64,000 bases of DNA. Origin: the human T2T-CHM13v2.0 reference genome, Homo sapiens. A program made the position numbers and the translations under genes. This document shows positions 1-12,568 of this stretch, one piece after another. Numbering within the stretch: the stretch's first letter is position 1; each line of letters starts with the position of its first letter. The notes under the pieces were generated by a model. The model was not told where the DNA came from. It ran no database searches and saw only the letters and a list, made by a program, of their open reading frames with translations. Where the stretch lies: NCBI RefSeq assembly GCF_009914755.1, contig NC_060926.1; one strand, 5' to 3'.

Positions 1-519
1 ATTTTATAAAAGGAGAATGAATTTCAACATGTAATCAGAGTAGAAATGGAAATGATGAGCAAACAGGGTAAAAACCACTTCAGTGATGAAATCTATAGTA
101 AATCTCCATAAAACTGCTACTCGGAATTATTTGGGGATCTCTAAGTATAAAACACATAGAATCATGTAAACGAGTTTGATCAGTGGTAAAGTTTGGCTGA
201 GTTTGTCTTTACTGAACTAGAGTAACATTTGTTTCCATATTTACCTATGGAGCAGGGTGCTGGGTTTTGGCACAAGACAATCACCAGTCTTACATTAGCT
301 TTCTGCTATGATCCTTTTGTATGGCATCAGATAGTCAGATGGGTCAGATGACTTCCACATATTTTGCAGGGTAAATTTCAAGGATGCTGGAACAATTGGG
401 AACACTTTCTGGGCATCTCCAACTCATTTTTCTACAAGTTGTGCTAGGAGGCTTTCTTTCCACACATCATCATTATTAAACCTCCTGCTTCAGATGACAA
501 TTGCCCATTTCAGTGGTTT

Positions 520-656
520 GTCTCCCCCACAGATTGTCAGGTCCTTGAGGACGTCAACTATGTGTTATTCATCGGGTAGTGTCAGTGCTTGGTACAGTGG
601 CTGGACCAGAATAGGGGTTCCATTGTTGAACTGAACTTCAGTTGAGCTGAACTGAA
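520..656 (+). mobile_element. L2 LINE 3' end fragment
   Basis: 'agattgtcaggtccttgaggacgtcaactatgtgttattcatc...cagtgcttggtacagtggctgg...ttgttgaactgaac' resembles the L2 3' terminus with a degenerate (tgaa)n tail. Confidence 0.65.
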
Positions 657-2592
657 TGTTCTTTCACTTTTTAAGATTAATAAAGTATAAGCTACTAGGG
701 TAATATCCAAGTGGTCTCCAAGAAAGTCAGAACTTGACAGTGAACCATTACAACCACAAGGTAGGAAATCCTAACACCAGCAATCAAAAAAGGATCAAAT
801 ACAAGTTTAGAGTTTGGAGCAGTTTGGGTTATTGGTTTCTCTAGGGAGAAGTGATTTGACATTTTCTTCCCCCATCCCTGAACCCACACTGTTTTAGTAG
901 AGAGCACCAAATTGAAAAAACTAACAAACTTTTAAGAATCAGAATATATAAATCAACTGTTACTGTCAAATTCATGGATAGAGAATATAGTGTACACGTA
1001 GCCTAAATTAGTGATGTTCTTGAGGCTGTTCAATGATTTAAGAGGGCAAAACTTTGACAAGATGGGGTTCCAAATAATCACATATTTAAAATGGCATTAA
1101 GATAGAAGTAATTCTTTTTCCTTAATATTAGTCATCTAATAGTTTTGGCAGAGAAGTCTTGACAAATTCTTTAAATTTCAAGAATTGGACCTCTGCTCAG
1201 AAGGGAACCTGAAATTGCATGACATGAACCCAGCCACCACAATTATTTCTTCAGAAGATTTAGAAGCTCTTCACTGAAACTTAGCACAAAGTAATAGCTC
1301 TAATAGCAGAAATCTGAGATCCAAAGAACAGTTCACTATTTCAGCTTCTCACTTCTTGAGCTTTGAGGAAAACAAGCCCTTTATTCATTTTGGATTAATA
1401 AGAGGAACCTAACCATAAGTGATTTCAGTTTTCTCTGTAAGTTGTAGTCATTGTGAATTCCCTTCTGTAGATCACAAACGGGGCTGACTTTCAAGTTAAA
1501 GTGACTTCTCTTTAAAATAAATTAATTAAAATTCTATCACTGTATACCTCTCTGAGTTCTCTCCTCCCTCCAAATACATTCTATACACAAACTCAAATAG
1601 ATTAATATTTTATTTCTAATTAAAAATAACTGCAAAACAATGTCACAGAATGTCACAGTGGACATACATCAACAATGTATTTCAACTTGAACTCTAGGGA
1701 AGAAAGATCTCAAATTATTTGCATGAATATTCAATAAGCCTATGAATCTTTCAGTCACAGTTAATGTTCAGAAAGGAGAATAGGTATTCACAAATCAAAA
1801 AATTAGCAAATAAAATGAAATTCTGTGTTACTGTCAAAGCCACAAAATGCGTTATTCTTTCTGGCTATGTATCTACATTACCTATATATCTAACTGGAAA
1901 AGTTAAAGAATGCAGTTTAATTGTTTTGCCATATAATACTGAGCAATTTTAGAAATGAACAATTTTAGAAATTTCCCTTTACTGTAGAGACAAAAGTTTC
2001 TAGTAACTTAAACACATTCAATATTGTATAAAGACTCAGTGTAGGAGAATCTTTTCTAGGAAGGATTTTTTTTTCCAAAACTATTTCTGAAGAAAGTGAT
2101 TATTTATGCCCAGTGATAATACAAAAACAGCTTTTAGCACTTGTTTTGGGAGAAATAAAAGTTTTTCTGCTTGTAGCTTAAAATATATATTTAACTTACA
2201 AATTTGGAATAGTATATGAAATGCCTAGAATACCATCATTAAAAATAAGAAAACAATGGATTTTCAATAAATGAAACAGAAATCATAGGAGATCGACATT
2301 TTAGATATTGCAACCTCAAGGGTTGCTTTGGTTTACAAAGTACCATTAAACTTACTTCTCTTTGATAGATCTTTCTAAATAAAGGATGGGTAGATTTGGG
2401 TTTTATGGTCTTTGATCTTGATGTAGACAACAAAGCTACTTGGAAAAAGCTCCAGAAAAAACAGTAGCATATTTTTTGGAAGGAACTGAAAAGATCTCCA
2501 AAGGAAGTTGAAAGCAAACTATATTCTTAAATCCAGTTTATATGACATTCTGTGCAAACTGACATTGAAACTCAGTTAAAATACCAAGATTT

Positions 2593-3155
2593 TGCACATC
2601 AGATCCTCAGATTTACTCATCTTATAACTGAAACTTTGTTCCCTTGACCAACATTTCCCCATTTCCCCCACCCTCAGCCCCCTGGCAGCCACAGTAGTAT
2701 TCTCTGGTTTAAAGAGTTTGATGTGTTTAGATTCAAAATATGAGTGAAATGATGCAGTATTTGTCTCTCTGTTTCTGGCTTATTTCACTTAGCATAATGT
2801 CCTCCAGTTTCACCTATGTGGTTACTAATGGGAGAATTTTCTTATTTTTATGGCTAAATAATATTCCATTATATATACCACATTTTTTATCCATGGTGAC
2901 TATAATTAACAATACTATGTTGTTTACTTGAAATTTGATAAGAGAGCAGATTTTAAATGTCCTCACCTCCCACCATACACAAATGGTAACTATGGGTGGT
3001 AATGAATGTGTTGATTAATTTTATTGTGGTTATTGTTATACCATATACATCTATCATTATATTTTATACCTTGAATAGACAGAATTTTTATTTTTTAGTT
3101 AAATATTTAAGATAAGCACAAAAGAAGGAAAGAGAATCCCTTTGGAAGGAAAAAC
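2593..3155 (+). mobile_element. Old 5'-truncated L1 (L1MA/L1MB-type 3' end) with inverted 5' part
   Basis: 2593-2894 is antisense L1 3' sequence (ttctggcttatttcacttagcataatgtcctccag). 2892-~3115 is sense L1 3'UTR (atggtgactataattaacaat...agcagattttaaatgtcctcacc), followed by an A-rich tail. Confidence 0.8.
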
Positions 3156-4301
3156 AAAGCCATGATTTTATTAAAGAAAATTTGGATGCTGATCTATTTT
3201 ATAGGCTGTCCATTCTACCCATGTTTCTGAAATTTGTATAGTAAAACACAGAAATGAAAACAGTTTGGAATGAAAGTACCCATGAAGACTATATCAAGAG
3301 TAGACCAGTGACCCTTACAAGGATTCACAAAAGGTTTATGTTCAATCAACAAAAACTGTGGCTTTATTCACTCTTGTTCTCACTAATGTGAAATTTTTTC
3401 CAAAGACTGGAATGCTTTGCAGGCTGTAGCTTGTTAGAGAACATAAGTTGTGGATCAAATTCTCTCATTTAGAACACTTCTGTTTTAATTCAATGGGAGC
3501 CGTCTCAAAGTAAATGGTGTTCCTAATGAAAGATGGTGCATCTGTACAAAATAACTTAGACTTTCATATGTAGTTATTGGCCCACTAAAAATTTTTTTGT
3601 CCTGAGGGCAGTTTGTCTGTGTTGGGTGTTTTATTCTCCTATACTTATGAGCATAATGATTTAGAATTTCAGAAGAGAATGTCAAGTTGGAATATCCTAA
3701 AGAATTTAAACAAAGGAATAAGTACAGGGTGGCATCAAAGCTTAAACAATAGTAGGGTTTTTTTTTAATTTGATTGTAAAAGATGTTTTAAGTCTTTGAG
3801 TAATATCTGTGCCAGACTGAAATAGAAAATGGCAAAAGGTCAAATCCATGTATCTGCATGAACCACTTGGGTTTATTCACACACAAGGTATGAAGTGGAA
3901 GAAATATTGCCTCTTCAAAAAGGGCTGCTATGCATATCAGTTTATAGAAAGGGCAACATGAAATCGCTCATAGGGGTTTAGAAAGGCAGCTATATACAGG
4001 GTTTTTTTAAGAGGCAAAATGTTTTATCATTTTACTTAAGAATTATTGTCTAGTTGGGGTCAGTTTGCATAGTTGCAATCATGTCAAACAAAGACCTTCC
4101 CCCATGGATTTGCATTCCATGGTCAAGAACTGACAAAATGGAATATAAACCACAGACAATTGGTTTGGTTTGGAGGATGGGGAGAGGGAGAGGTGAGCAG
4201 AAGGGATACTATTGTTAAAAAAAAAAATGGACTTCTTTTCTTAAGGGAGTGGGTGTCTCACTATTAGATGTTCTCATACTACTAGGTGGGGATAATAATT
4301 C

Positions 4302-4302
<1 letters not shown>

Positions 4303-4333
<31 letters not shown>
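4303..4333. repeat. (TTA)~10 microsatellite
   Basis: Perfect ttattatta run; it produces the poly-N in ORF 4215..4592. Confidence 0.95.
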
Positions 4334-4335
<2 letters not shown>

Positions 4336-5113
4336 TTTGATATTTTGAAAAGGTATTTGGTAAGCAACCTTAATTCCTGAAATTTCTCTACCGAGTCTAT
4401 TGTTTTGGAAGTTATTTTGGCCAAATCACTTTTTAGGTCTAATGGTTTTCCATCTGATTTCCTGGGGGATAGACAGTCCCTGTGGGCTGGGGAGTCTAGG
4501 ACTGGGGAGTAGCTGTGGCTTCTGTGCAAGAACAGAGAATTTCCATGGTGTGAAGAAAGTAGTGTGAGGGGCAACAGCCTTTTCTGTATCAAAGAAAGGA
4601 ATTATACTACTATATTAGTCAGAAGAGGCAGAATGATTCAAACTATATGCTTTTAATCATTTTAACTGGCAGCAGTCAAAACTTCAAATAAAATAAACCT
4701 TAAGAATACTGCTATAACAACAGATTTAAATGACCTTGAAGTTTTTTTTAAAATTCTAATTTATCATGAACAAACCCATACTGAGTTCATATGCAATGTA
4801 TTAATCATCAACCATATAAAATAAGCTACATAATAAAATTAAATTAAATCTCAATTTATCAAACATTAAAATGCTAACAACTAGCAACTTTGTTAAGTCA
4901 CAGTGTAAAGATGAAATGAATAAAACACTAGAATCACTATACCAAACAATGTAATTGAAGTTAAAATGCTGTTTTCTGTGGTTCTTTTTTAGAGAAAAAT
5001 AACAAGTTGCTTACTTTAATGCAGTGACATTTTATTTTGTGATTAATTTTAAAATAACATTGTAAAAACTACAAACTCATTTTAATTTGACAAGCATTTG
5101 GTAATTAATTTTC

Positions 5114-5330
5114 AAACAATGCTGTGGGAACCCAGAAAGCACTCTTCCTTTGACATGTATTTTATAATTTATTTTAAAACAATGCTGCACAAATCTGCAA
5201 AGGCATAATTCATTTGGGAGTTCATTAATTATGCAAATGAGTTGCAATTAACAAATCTGTTCCAAGGATGGCATTTGCATAATAATGAACTTCATGTTTG
5301 TGACATTATTTAATAAGATACCTTTGTGCA
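5114..5330. promoter_or_regulatory. Candidate POU/SOX enhancer with inverted octamer pair
   Basis: ATGCAAAT at 5231-5238 and ATTTGCAT at 5273-5280 lie inside 20-21 bp inverted arms. AAACAATGCTG (SOX-type) occurs at 5114 and 5177. No recognisable young repeat. Confidence 0.5.
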
Positions 5331-5754
5331 TTTTTAAGCCAAACACTCCTGTGAATATTGCATGATGAGATGAGGTTGAAAATGGACATCTAGTCAATGA
5401 GATTCAAAAGTGTATGCAGAAAAATGTTAAAATAAACAGAATTAAATATAATTCAAATAATAAATATGGATATTCTTTTTAGAGTACAGGGGTTTTGGTT
5501 AATCTCAGCTCCCCTAAATAGCGTCAGACTTTAATTAATTTACATTTATAAGGAGCAATGCACAAATTAGGCTAAAGTAAGATGAAACAAGCAAAACTAT
5601 AAACTTCAATTTAATATTTCAAGTGAAGGTAGATCATACACTACATCCAAGTCCCAAAACATAAACTTTTAATTAATACAGAAAATACAACATTGAGTCA
5701 AAAGGCCCTTTATTTCTCAGTGTTATGACAGGATGACCACAAAACTTGGTTGAC

Positions 5755-6150
5755 ATTCATTTACTCAACCAATAACGATTTACTGAGCATCTATAATGGG
5801 GCCAAAACTGGGGTTAAGTTAGAGCAAATAAAAAGAAGAATAAGCTGTATTTCTACTTTGAAGTGGCATGAAGTCTAACGAAAAACACAGACATATTAGG
5901 TTGGTGCAAAAGTAATTACGGTTTATATAAACATTAAAATTCCAGGAAAGTTGTCTTGTAAGAGAGATAAATGCAGTGTTCTAGAAGTACAGAGGGCTAG
6001 AATAATTAGCCTGGTGGAATTAGAAACGTGTGTAAGAAAGGGACAAAATGTTTTGAAGGATAGGAAGGAGTTCACCAATGAGCAAGAAGGTAAAGAATAT
6101 TCGAGAAAAGGAAACTGTATACACAGAGTCATGAAACAATGAGTGTTCAG
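5755..6150 (-). mobile_element. L2 fragment (interrupted by Hsmar1 TIR)
   Basis: 'ttcatttactcaaccaataacgatttactgagcatcta' is the antisense L2 3' end, with purine-rich L2 body downstream. Confidence 0.6.
5896..5924 (+). mobile_element. Solo Hsmar1/MADE1 terminal inverted repeat
   Basis: TA + TTAGGTTGGTGCAAAAGTAATTACGGTTT; differs by one base from the recalled Hsmar1 TIR (..AATTGCGGTTT); no second arm nearby. Confidence 0.85.
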
Positions 6151-6694
6151 GGTATGGGTTGGGGGATAAATGTTTTTGGAGCAAGACTGTCAGAAGTTTT
6201 AGAGATCCAATTTGAAGTTTTAAAAAGATGATTAGAAGAGTGCTATAAATAGATGGCTTGAAAGGGACAGAGCCACAGGTAAATTTCTTCTGCAGCTCAT
6301 CAGTTACAGTGTCTTGATTGATTGGTGATGCATCTAGAGTATAAGATGAGATCAGATGAGTTTATGAGCCAAGTATTTGCTATCCTAAATCAATGTGATT
6401 CTATGATGACCATAAGATCTTGTGAGTCTGTCATGTTTTTCCGATTTGCTCTTTACTTGTGCTTTTAGCCTCTCTCATCACATCTCAGTTTGAAACCCAA
6501 GATCCCTTAAGCGTCACTCCATGCTCCAACTGCACTGACCTTCTGGAGCTAGAGGGGTTTTCCAAACCCAGTCTTGTCTATTGTCCACTCAACTGAAGTC
6601 TACTCAGCCTTCAAAACTACATCATCATTAATCTGTCACAGAAGTAGAGTAAAAACAAGCAAAACTATATCACCATGGCTTAAAAATAGAGGTA

Positions 6695-7232
6695 CAGTAG
6701 TCCCCCTTTATCCACAGGGGATACATTCCAGGACACAATAGTAGATGCCTGAAATCACAAATAATACCAAACCTTATATATTTATATTTTTCCTATATAT
6801 ACATATCTATGATAAAGTTTAATTTATAAATTAGGCACAGTAGAGAATAACAATCATAATAAAATGTAACAATTATAACAAAATGATAGCATTATGATTC
6901 TTGAGTTGGGGGCCATTATTATGTACAATTAGTCACTTGAACACAAGCACTGTGATACTGAGACAGCTGATATGATAACCAAGGCAGCTACTAAGTGACT
7001 AAAGGGTAGGAAGTATCTACAGCATAAACACACTGGATAAACGGACAATTCATGTCCTGGGCAAGACGGAGTGGAACAGCATGAGATTTCCTCACACTAC
7101 TTAGAATAGTGAACAATTTAAACTTTATAAACTGTTTATTTCTGCAATTTTTCATTTAATATTTTTGGACCACAGTTGACTGCAGGTAACTGAAACTGCG
7201 GAAAGTGAAACTGCAGATAAGAGGGACCACTG
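6695..7232 (-). mobile_element. MER44-family (likely MER44B, Tigger-class) DNA transposon
   Basis: Terminal inverted repeats cagtagtccccctttatcc / gataagagggaccactg, TA target duplications, ~540 bp. Confidence 0.85.
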
Positions 7233-7584
7233 TAAATAAGTGACATGAATGATACTGCAAAGGACCATAGCCTAACCAGCCAAGCAAACTGGAAGTACCT
7301 TTAGACTCACGCTTTGCCAAGCTCAGTTCCAGAATCACATGATGAAAAGAATGATGGAAAGAAAATGTTTGTGATATTAAAATTAAGGAAATTACTCCAA
7401 CTCAGAGGTAGGTTTTGTGTTTTGATTTATTTTGTTTTGTTTTTTTGTTTTTATTTTTAACATAAAAACACCATGTTCTTCAGCTGCAAGTTTATTTAAT
7501 AAGATTTGTTATTTCTATTTCTTCGGTGTATCTTCCTGCTGAGAGGCAGAAGTCTTGTCATCTATCCCACAAAAGCAAAAATAC

Positions 7585-7960
7585 AGACGGGGGCATTTAT
7601 TGCTTCTTAGCCATCCAGCAGCCATTCTCCATTCTTATCAGTATGCTATTTCCTTTGGGGAAATATCTTTTCCCCATTGTGTGCAGTGCTGGTGGGGTTA
7701 TAAGCTAGGTGGTTTCTCTCCCATTCTTTTCTATAGATTGCATTAGACCTAGAACTAAATCCAGTCAATTACTCTCTCTTCCCCAGCTTTGAATCTTGAC
7801 AGAGTGTTGCAAAGACAGAAGAAATGGTAAAGTTTCATTTCCTTATTTTTGGCAACTGGAAGACAAATTGCCTACTTGTTCCAAACCTGGTTCACTAGCT
7901 ATCCCTCAATTCCCATAAGCTTCCCTATTATTCTTCCATAAAGTTCCTTTTTTGCTGTCA
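7585..7960 (+). mobile_element. Degraded ERVL LTR (LTR16/LTR33-like)
   Basis: 'gccatccagcagccattctcc...tttcctttggggaaa...' through 'ataaagttccttttttgct' resembles old ERVL LTRs. Confidence 0.4.
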
Positions 7961-8122
7961 TTACTGAAGCAATACAGAATCACAAAATTCTAGTGTTAAC
8001 CCTCCAAAAAACAAGCTTTTTCTTGGAAAGAAATAATTAGAACTTCTAAAATGATATAAGAAAACAATCTAAGGAAAGTGTTACTTTGAACAAATGAAGC
8101 ATAAACAGAAGACTCCAGGTAA

Positions 8123-8427
<305 letters not shown>

Positions 8428-9702
8428 TTAATGGTAGTTTTCAATAATGGCATTGATCTCTAAACTTTGGGAACTGGAAGCAGAATTTGAAATCCCTATA
8501 GAAATTTACAGAGATACAAAGAATTCAACAGTGTCTCCCCCTTCCACCTTCATGCCATCTTCCCAATCTAACCCAACCTGCTGCCTTCAAGAGGAGTAGG
8601 CAAACAAGCCTATTTATTGCAGTATCTGAAAAGTGGAAATGGGTAACTTGGACAGACAGTAATGCTGCTAATGTTGAAATAGATATGCCCCCATATCAGC
8701 CACAAGACCTTCAACATCAGGGTTATTATATCTTCCCAGGAAAACTTGCTCGCCAAAAATAGCTTCCAACTGTGTCTGAAATCCACCAGATTCAAAACTG
8801 AAAGAACAAAAATAATTTTTTTAAATTGTGGCAATGTAGTAATTGCCACAGTAATTATTAATATATTAATATATTATGTAATATAAACTGCAGGGAGATA
8901 AGTATTTGCCCTGATATTTTTAATATTAATTATTAATTATTACTGTGTAATTATTATGTAGTAAAAATTGCCATAGTAATTGCTATAGTGATTAAAGTAG
9001 CACTTACACTTTTGACCCTGGCAGGTATTATCTGACTAAATAGATTACAGAATGAAAAGTTCCATCAAACACTTGGATTTTTGAAGTATATGGATACTAG
9101 GCATTGTGATGAAATATCATACAGAGACTTGTTGAGAAAGAGAAGAGCTACACTGTTGAGCAAAGAAAAATATCAGGGCAAATGCTTATCTCCATGCAGT
9201 TTATATTACATAATATACGTGGAAGGTGGAAGGAAATACTTTACAACACATACGCCTGTCTAATAATGCCAATAAGGCTGTAGCAAAGGCTTTAAAATTC
9301 TTTTTTCACTATTTATGTTTTCCAAATCCACATAAAGCATTCCCTACATACTCGGGATGTTGTCAATGCTGTTCCCACTATGCGCCCATGACGATGAGGC
9401 AGGGATCATCCTTTTTCCAGGCAAAGATATCAGCCATGATCTATTTCAAAAGACTGCCTTCTTACATCCCTTCTCCCTTTTGCAATCCGGTTGCCGGAAG
9501 TGGTTAGTCTCTTGGAATTAAACCCGGCTGCTGTCAGCAGACATTTTAAAGTGGATATCTGAAAACTTCATGGAACATAAGCATTTTCTCTGGTTTTACT
9601 TTATATGCATCTGGGGCAAAATAAAGTTTAGATCCTCTTGTTACCTGATACAAGTTCATTTAAAAAAAAAAATGATTGAGCTACAGTGCCTGATTTTTAC
9701 AC

Positions 9703-10160
<458 letters not shown>

Positions 10161-10909
10161 GATCAGGTGGATCAGGTGATAAGGAGTATGTTGAAATACT
10201 GCTAACAACATAGACTTTTCTATCTCACCAGAAACTTTTTGTTCTAGCTATCTGTTAAAAAGTTAAGAAATATTCTGCCCACAATGATTCTAGTACCTTT
10301 CTTTCTTATTTTCTTTGATGTCTTCTTGCCTATAGTGATCTTTGAAACATGCTAATTATACACAAGGATGCATTGTTCATGATAGCTGCCAGTTCCAGCA
10401 CAAAAATGTGTGTATGCATACATACATGTTTTTAAGTGACACTGCTGCACCTTAGTCTGAATAAATTAATGTTTTTATCTAAATTGCATCATTTAGCCAA
10501 AACATACTTGTATATTAATGAAGAGCTAGCAACAAGTGAAGAAGAGAAGCAGAAAAAGTAGTAATTATAATTTATCAAGCTATAAGCCCAGGATCCTTAT
10601 TTTCTTTAACCTAAAAAGGCCGGGTTGCTTATATGAAGCATTTCCCAACCATCCCCAAATGATCAATCGCAAGTCCAAATTCCTACCAGTGGTCCCTGCC
10701 TTTTCTACACTCTCCCTTGAGAATCTCTCATATCACTGCAGTTAGATGTCAGGTGATGCTGGAGTCAACTGAGGTCTCAACTGGTTGGATATCCAAGATG
10801 ATTCACTTATTTGACTAGCAAATAATATTTAGTAGTCTTTATTTTTCCATGCCATATTTCCTGACAACACAACAGAAATTGATTGCATGAAGCTGTCAAG
10901 ATAATTTTC

Positions 10910-11330
10910 ATTTAACAATATTAATTGGTTGATTAATTAATATGTGCCAGGTTTTATGTTAGGTGAACCAGATACACTCTTTGCTCTCAATGCACTTACC
11001 TTTGAGTGGTGAAGCAAAAAAGGAATGGAAAAGAAAAATACAATACAAAACAAAAAATAAAACAAGAAATATTTGTGGAGATGTTAAGATCTATTTGAAA
11101 ACTGTTAACTATGGAAATACTCAGGAATAGAATAGGATTAGTGAGTCAAGCAAGAGTTCTAAGATCTATTATCTAGTCTGAGACTTGGAAGTTGTATAAG
11201 TACTAGCGGTGTGAAGAAGGGAGAGAAAGAGCTTCAGGCAGAAAAAAATTACAAATATCAGGTGCAAATGTGAGAGAACACATGGTCAGCTGGAGAAACT
11301 ACAAATACCACAGTATGGCTAGAGTAATCT
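10910..11330 (-). mobile_element. L2 fragment
   Basis: tatgtgccaggttttatgttagg...tgctctcaatgcacttac...gagcttcaggcagaa, antisense L2 pattern. Confidence 0.6.
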
Positions 11331-11351
11331 ACATATTTTATCATCTAAGAC

Positions 11352-11753
11352 TGTCGAAGATTACTATATTTAGTGTCAAAATATTCACGGTCCCTCCTTG
11401 CCTGTTGTGTGGAAGCATGTCCCCACCCTATTGATATTAGTTTTAGCGATGCATCTGGCTTTGTTTAGAGAAAGATAAACAGAAGTGACATGTATCAATT
11501 TTGATCAGCAGTTTTAAGTCAGTTGGTGTTTCACCATCATTTACTTTCCACTGCCATCAAAGTAGCAACATCCTAGAAAAGGCTTCTTTATCAGCCTCCC
11601 AGGTACTGCAGTAAAGATGACATAAATCCAAGCCCCAGGTTGATCCATAATGGACAGGAAGTAAGAGTAGAAAGATAAACATTGAGTGTTACGGGCCTCT
11701 GACATTTGGATATTTTTTTTCTGTACATGACCTACAATATCCTGACTGATACA
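11352..11753 (+). mobile_element. MaLR solo LTR (MLT1I/J-like)
   Basis: cagaagtgacatgtatc motif and terminal 'tcctgactgataca'; ~400 bp. Confidence 0.7.
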
Positions 11754-12384
11754 CATTTAAGTGGTCCATTATTCTATGTATGTTTTGTTGGTGTTCCATA
11801 CAAAACAAATAATAGCAACAAGCACCAAAAGCAAAACAGGAATTGAGGTGAAGCTTTCATTTCCCATGGCATTATTAATTCTTCTAAGCAAAATAATAAG
11901 TGTGTGACCTCTTAACATTTTACAATTGGAAGACAAAATAGACCTGAATAAATATTATCTTTCAGGGACTTTTAAACAGCCTTCCAGGGTTGCTTCATGA
12001 TAAGTATGTGCTGTTACTGCTGTACTCAAGCAGATTCTGAATAGAATTCTGGGAGACAAATGCTTTGTTGTTGGGTGGTGTTCCACAGTGATATGATATG
12101 GTGGGTTACTGAGCACCGCCCATTTGGCCTGTACTCTCCCCTCGCCCCTACTAAGGCTAGCAATGATAAGTCTGTGGAGCCATTTTGATAAGCTGGTTCT
12201 TCTCTAAGGCTCTATGATTAAATCTATTAAGATAAGACTAGGAATCAATACATACACATTCTACTCTGTGGAGTGTCCTTCTTATATAAAACGGGTATTG
12301 ATAGTAACGAAATAAAAAATGAAAACATTGCATTCTCAGGAGAGAAAATGCTTAGGAGATGGCTCGTTCCTCCCTTTACTGGGA

Positions 12385-12525
12385 GAGAGCGTGGCCTCAT
12401 GGTTAAGACCAAAGACTTTGAACTTTAATTCCCAGCGCTGCCACTTGAAAGTAACTCCCTAAGCTTCTCAGTTTCCCTGTTTATATAACAGGGATAATAA
12501 CACTACCTACTTTTCAGGGTTGTTT
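12385..12525 (+). mobile_element. MIR, 5' part (3' part at ~13885-13980)
   Basis: gtggcctcatggttaagacc...aattcccagcgctgccactt...ctcagtttccctgtttatataacagggataataacactacctac MIR core. Confidence 0.75.
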
Positions 12526-12568
12526 TTATACACACACACACAGACACAAACACAGACACACACACACA

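Noticed and set aside
2356-2435. Possible 80-nt minus-strand exon ending GAA|GTAAGT
   Set aside because: Strong donor, but no phase-compatible neighbouring exons or recognisable protein; pseudo-exons are common
4215-4592. 125-aa minus-strand ORF with an acceptor-like tttctttgatacag
   Set aside because: Runs through a (TAA)n microsatellite, has no ATG start, no good donor and no recognisable homology
8620-8790. Protein-looking short frames on both strands (FESGGFQTQLEAIFGEQ... and SEKWKWVTWTDS...)
   Set aside because: Both end in stops after ~45 codons and neither is recognisable; consistent with chance
9350-9560. CpG-containing exon-like block on the minus strand
   Set aside because: All three frames contain stops and the acceptor is weak
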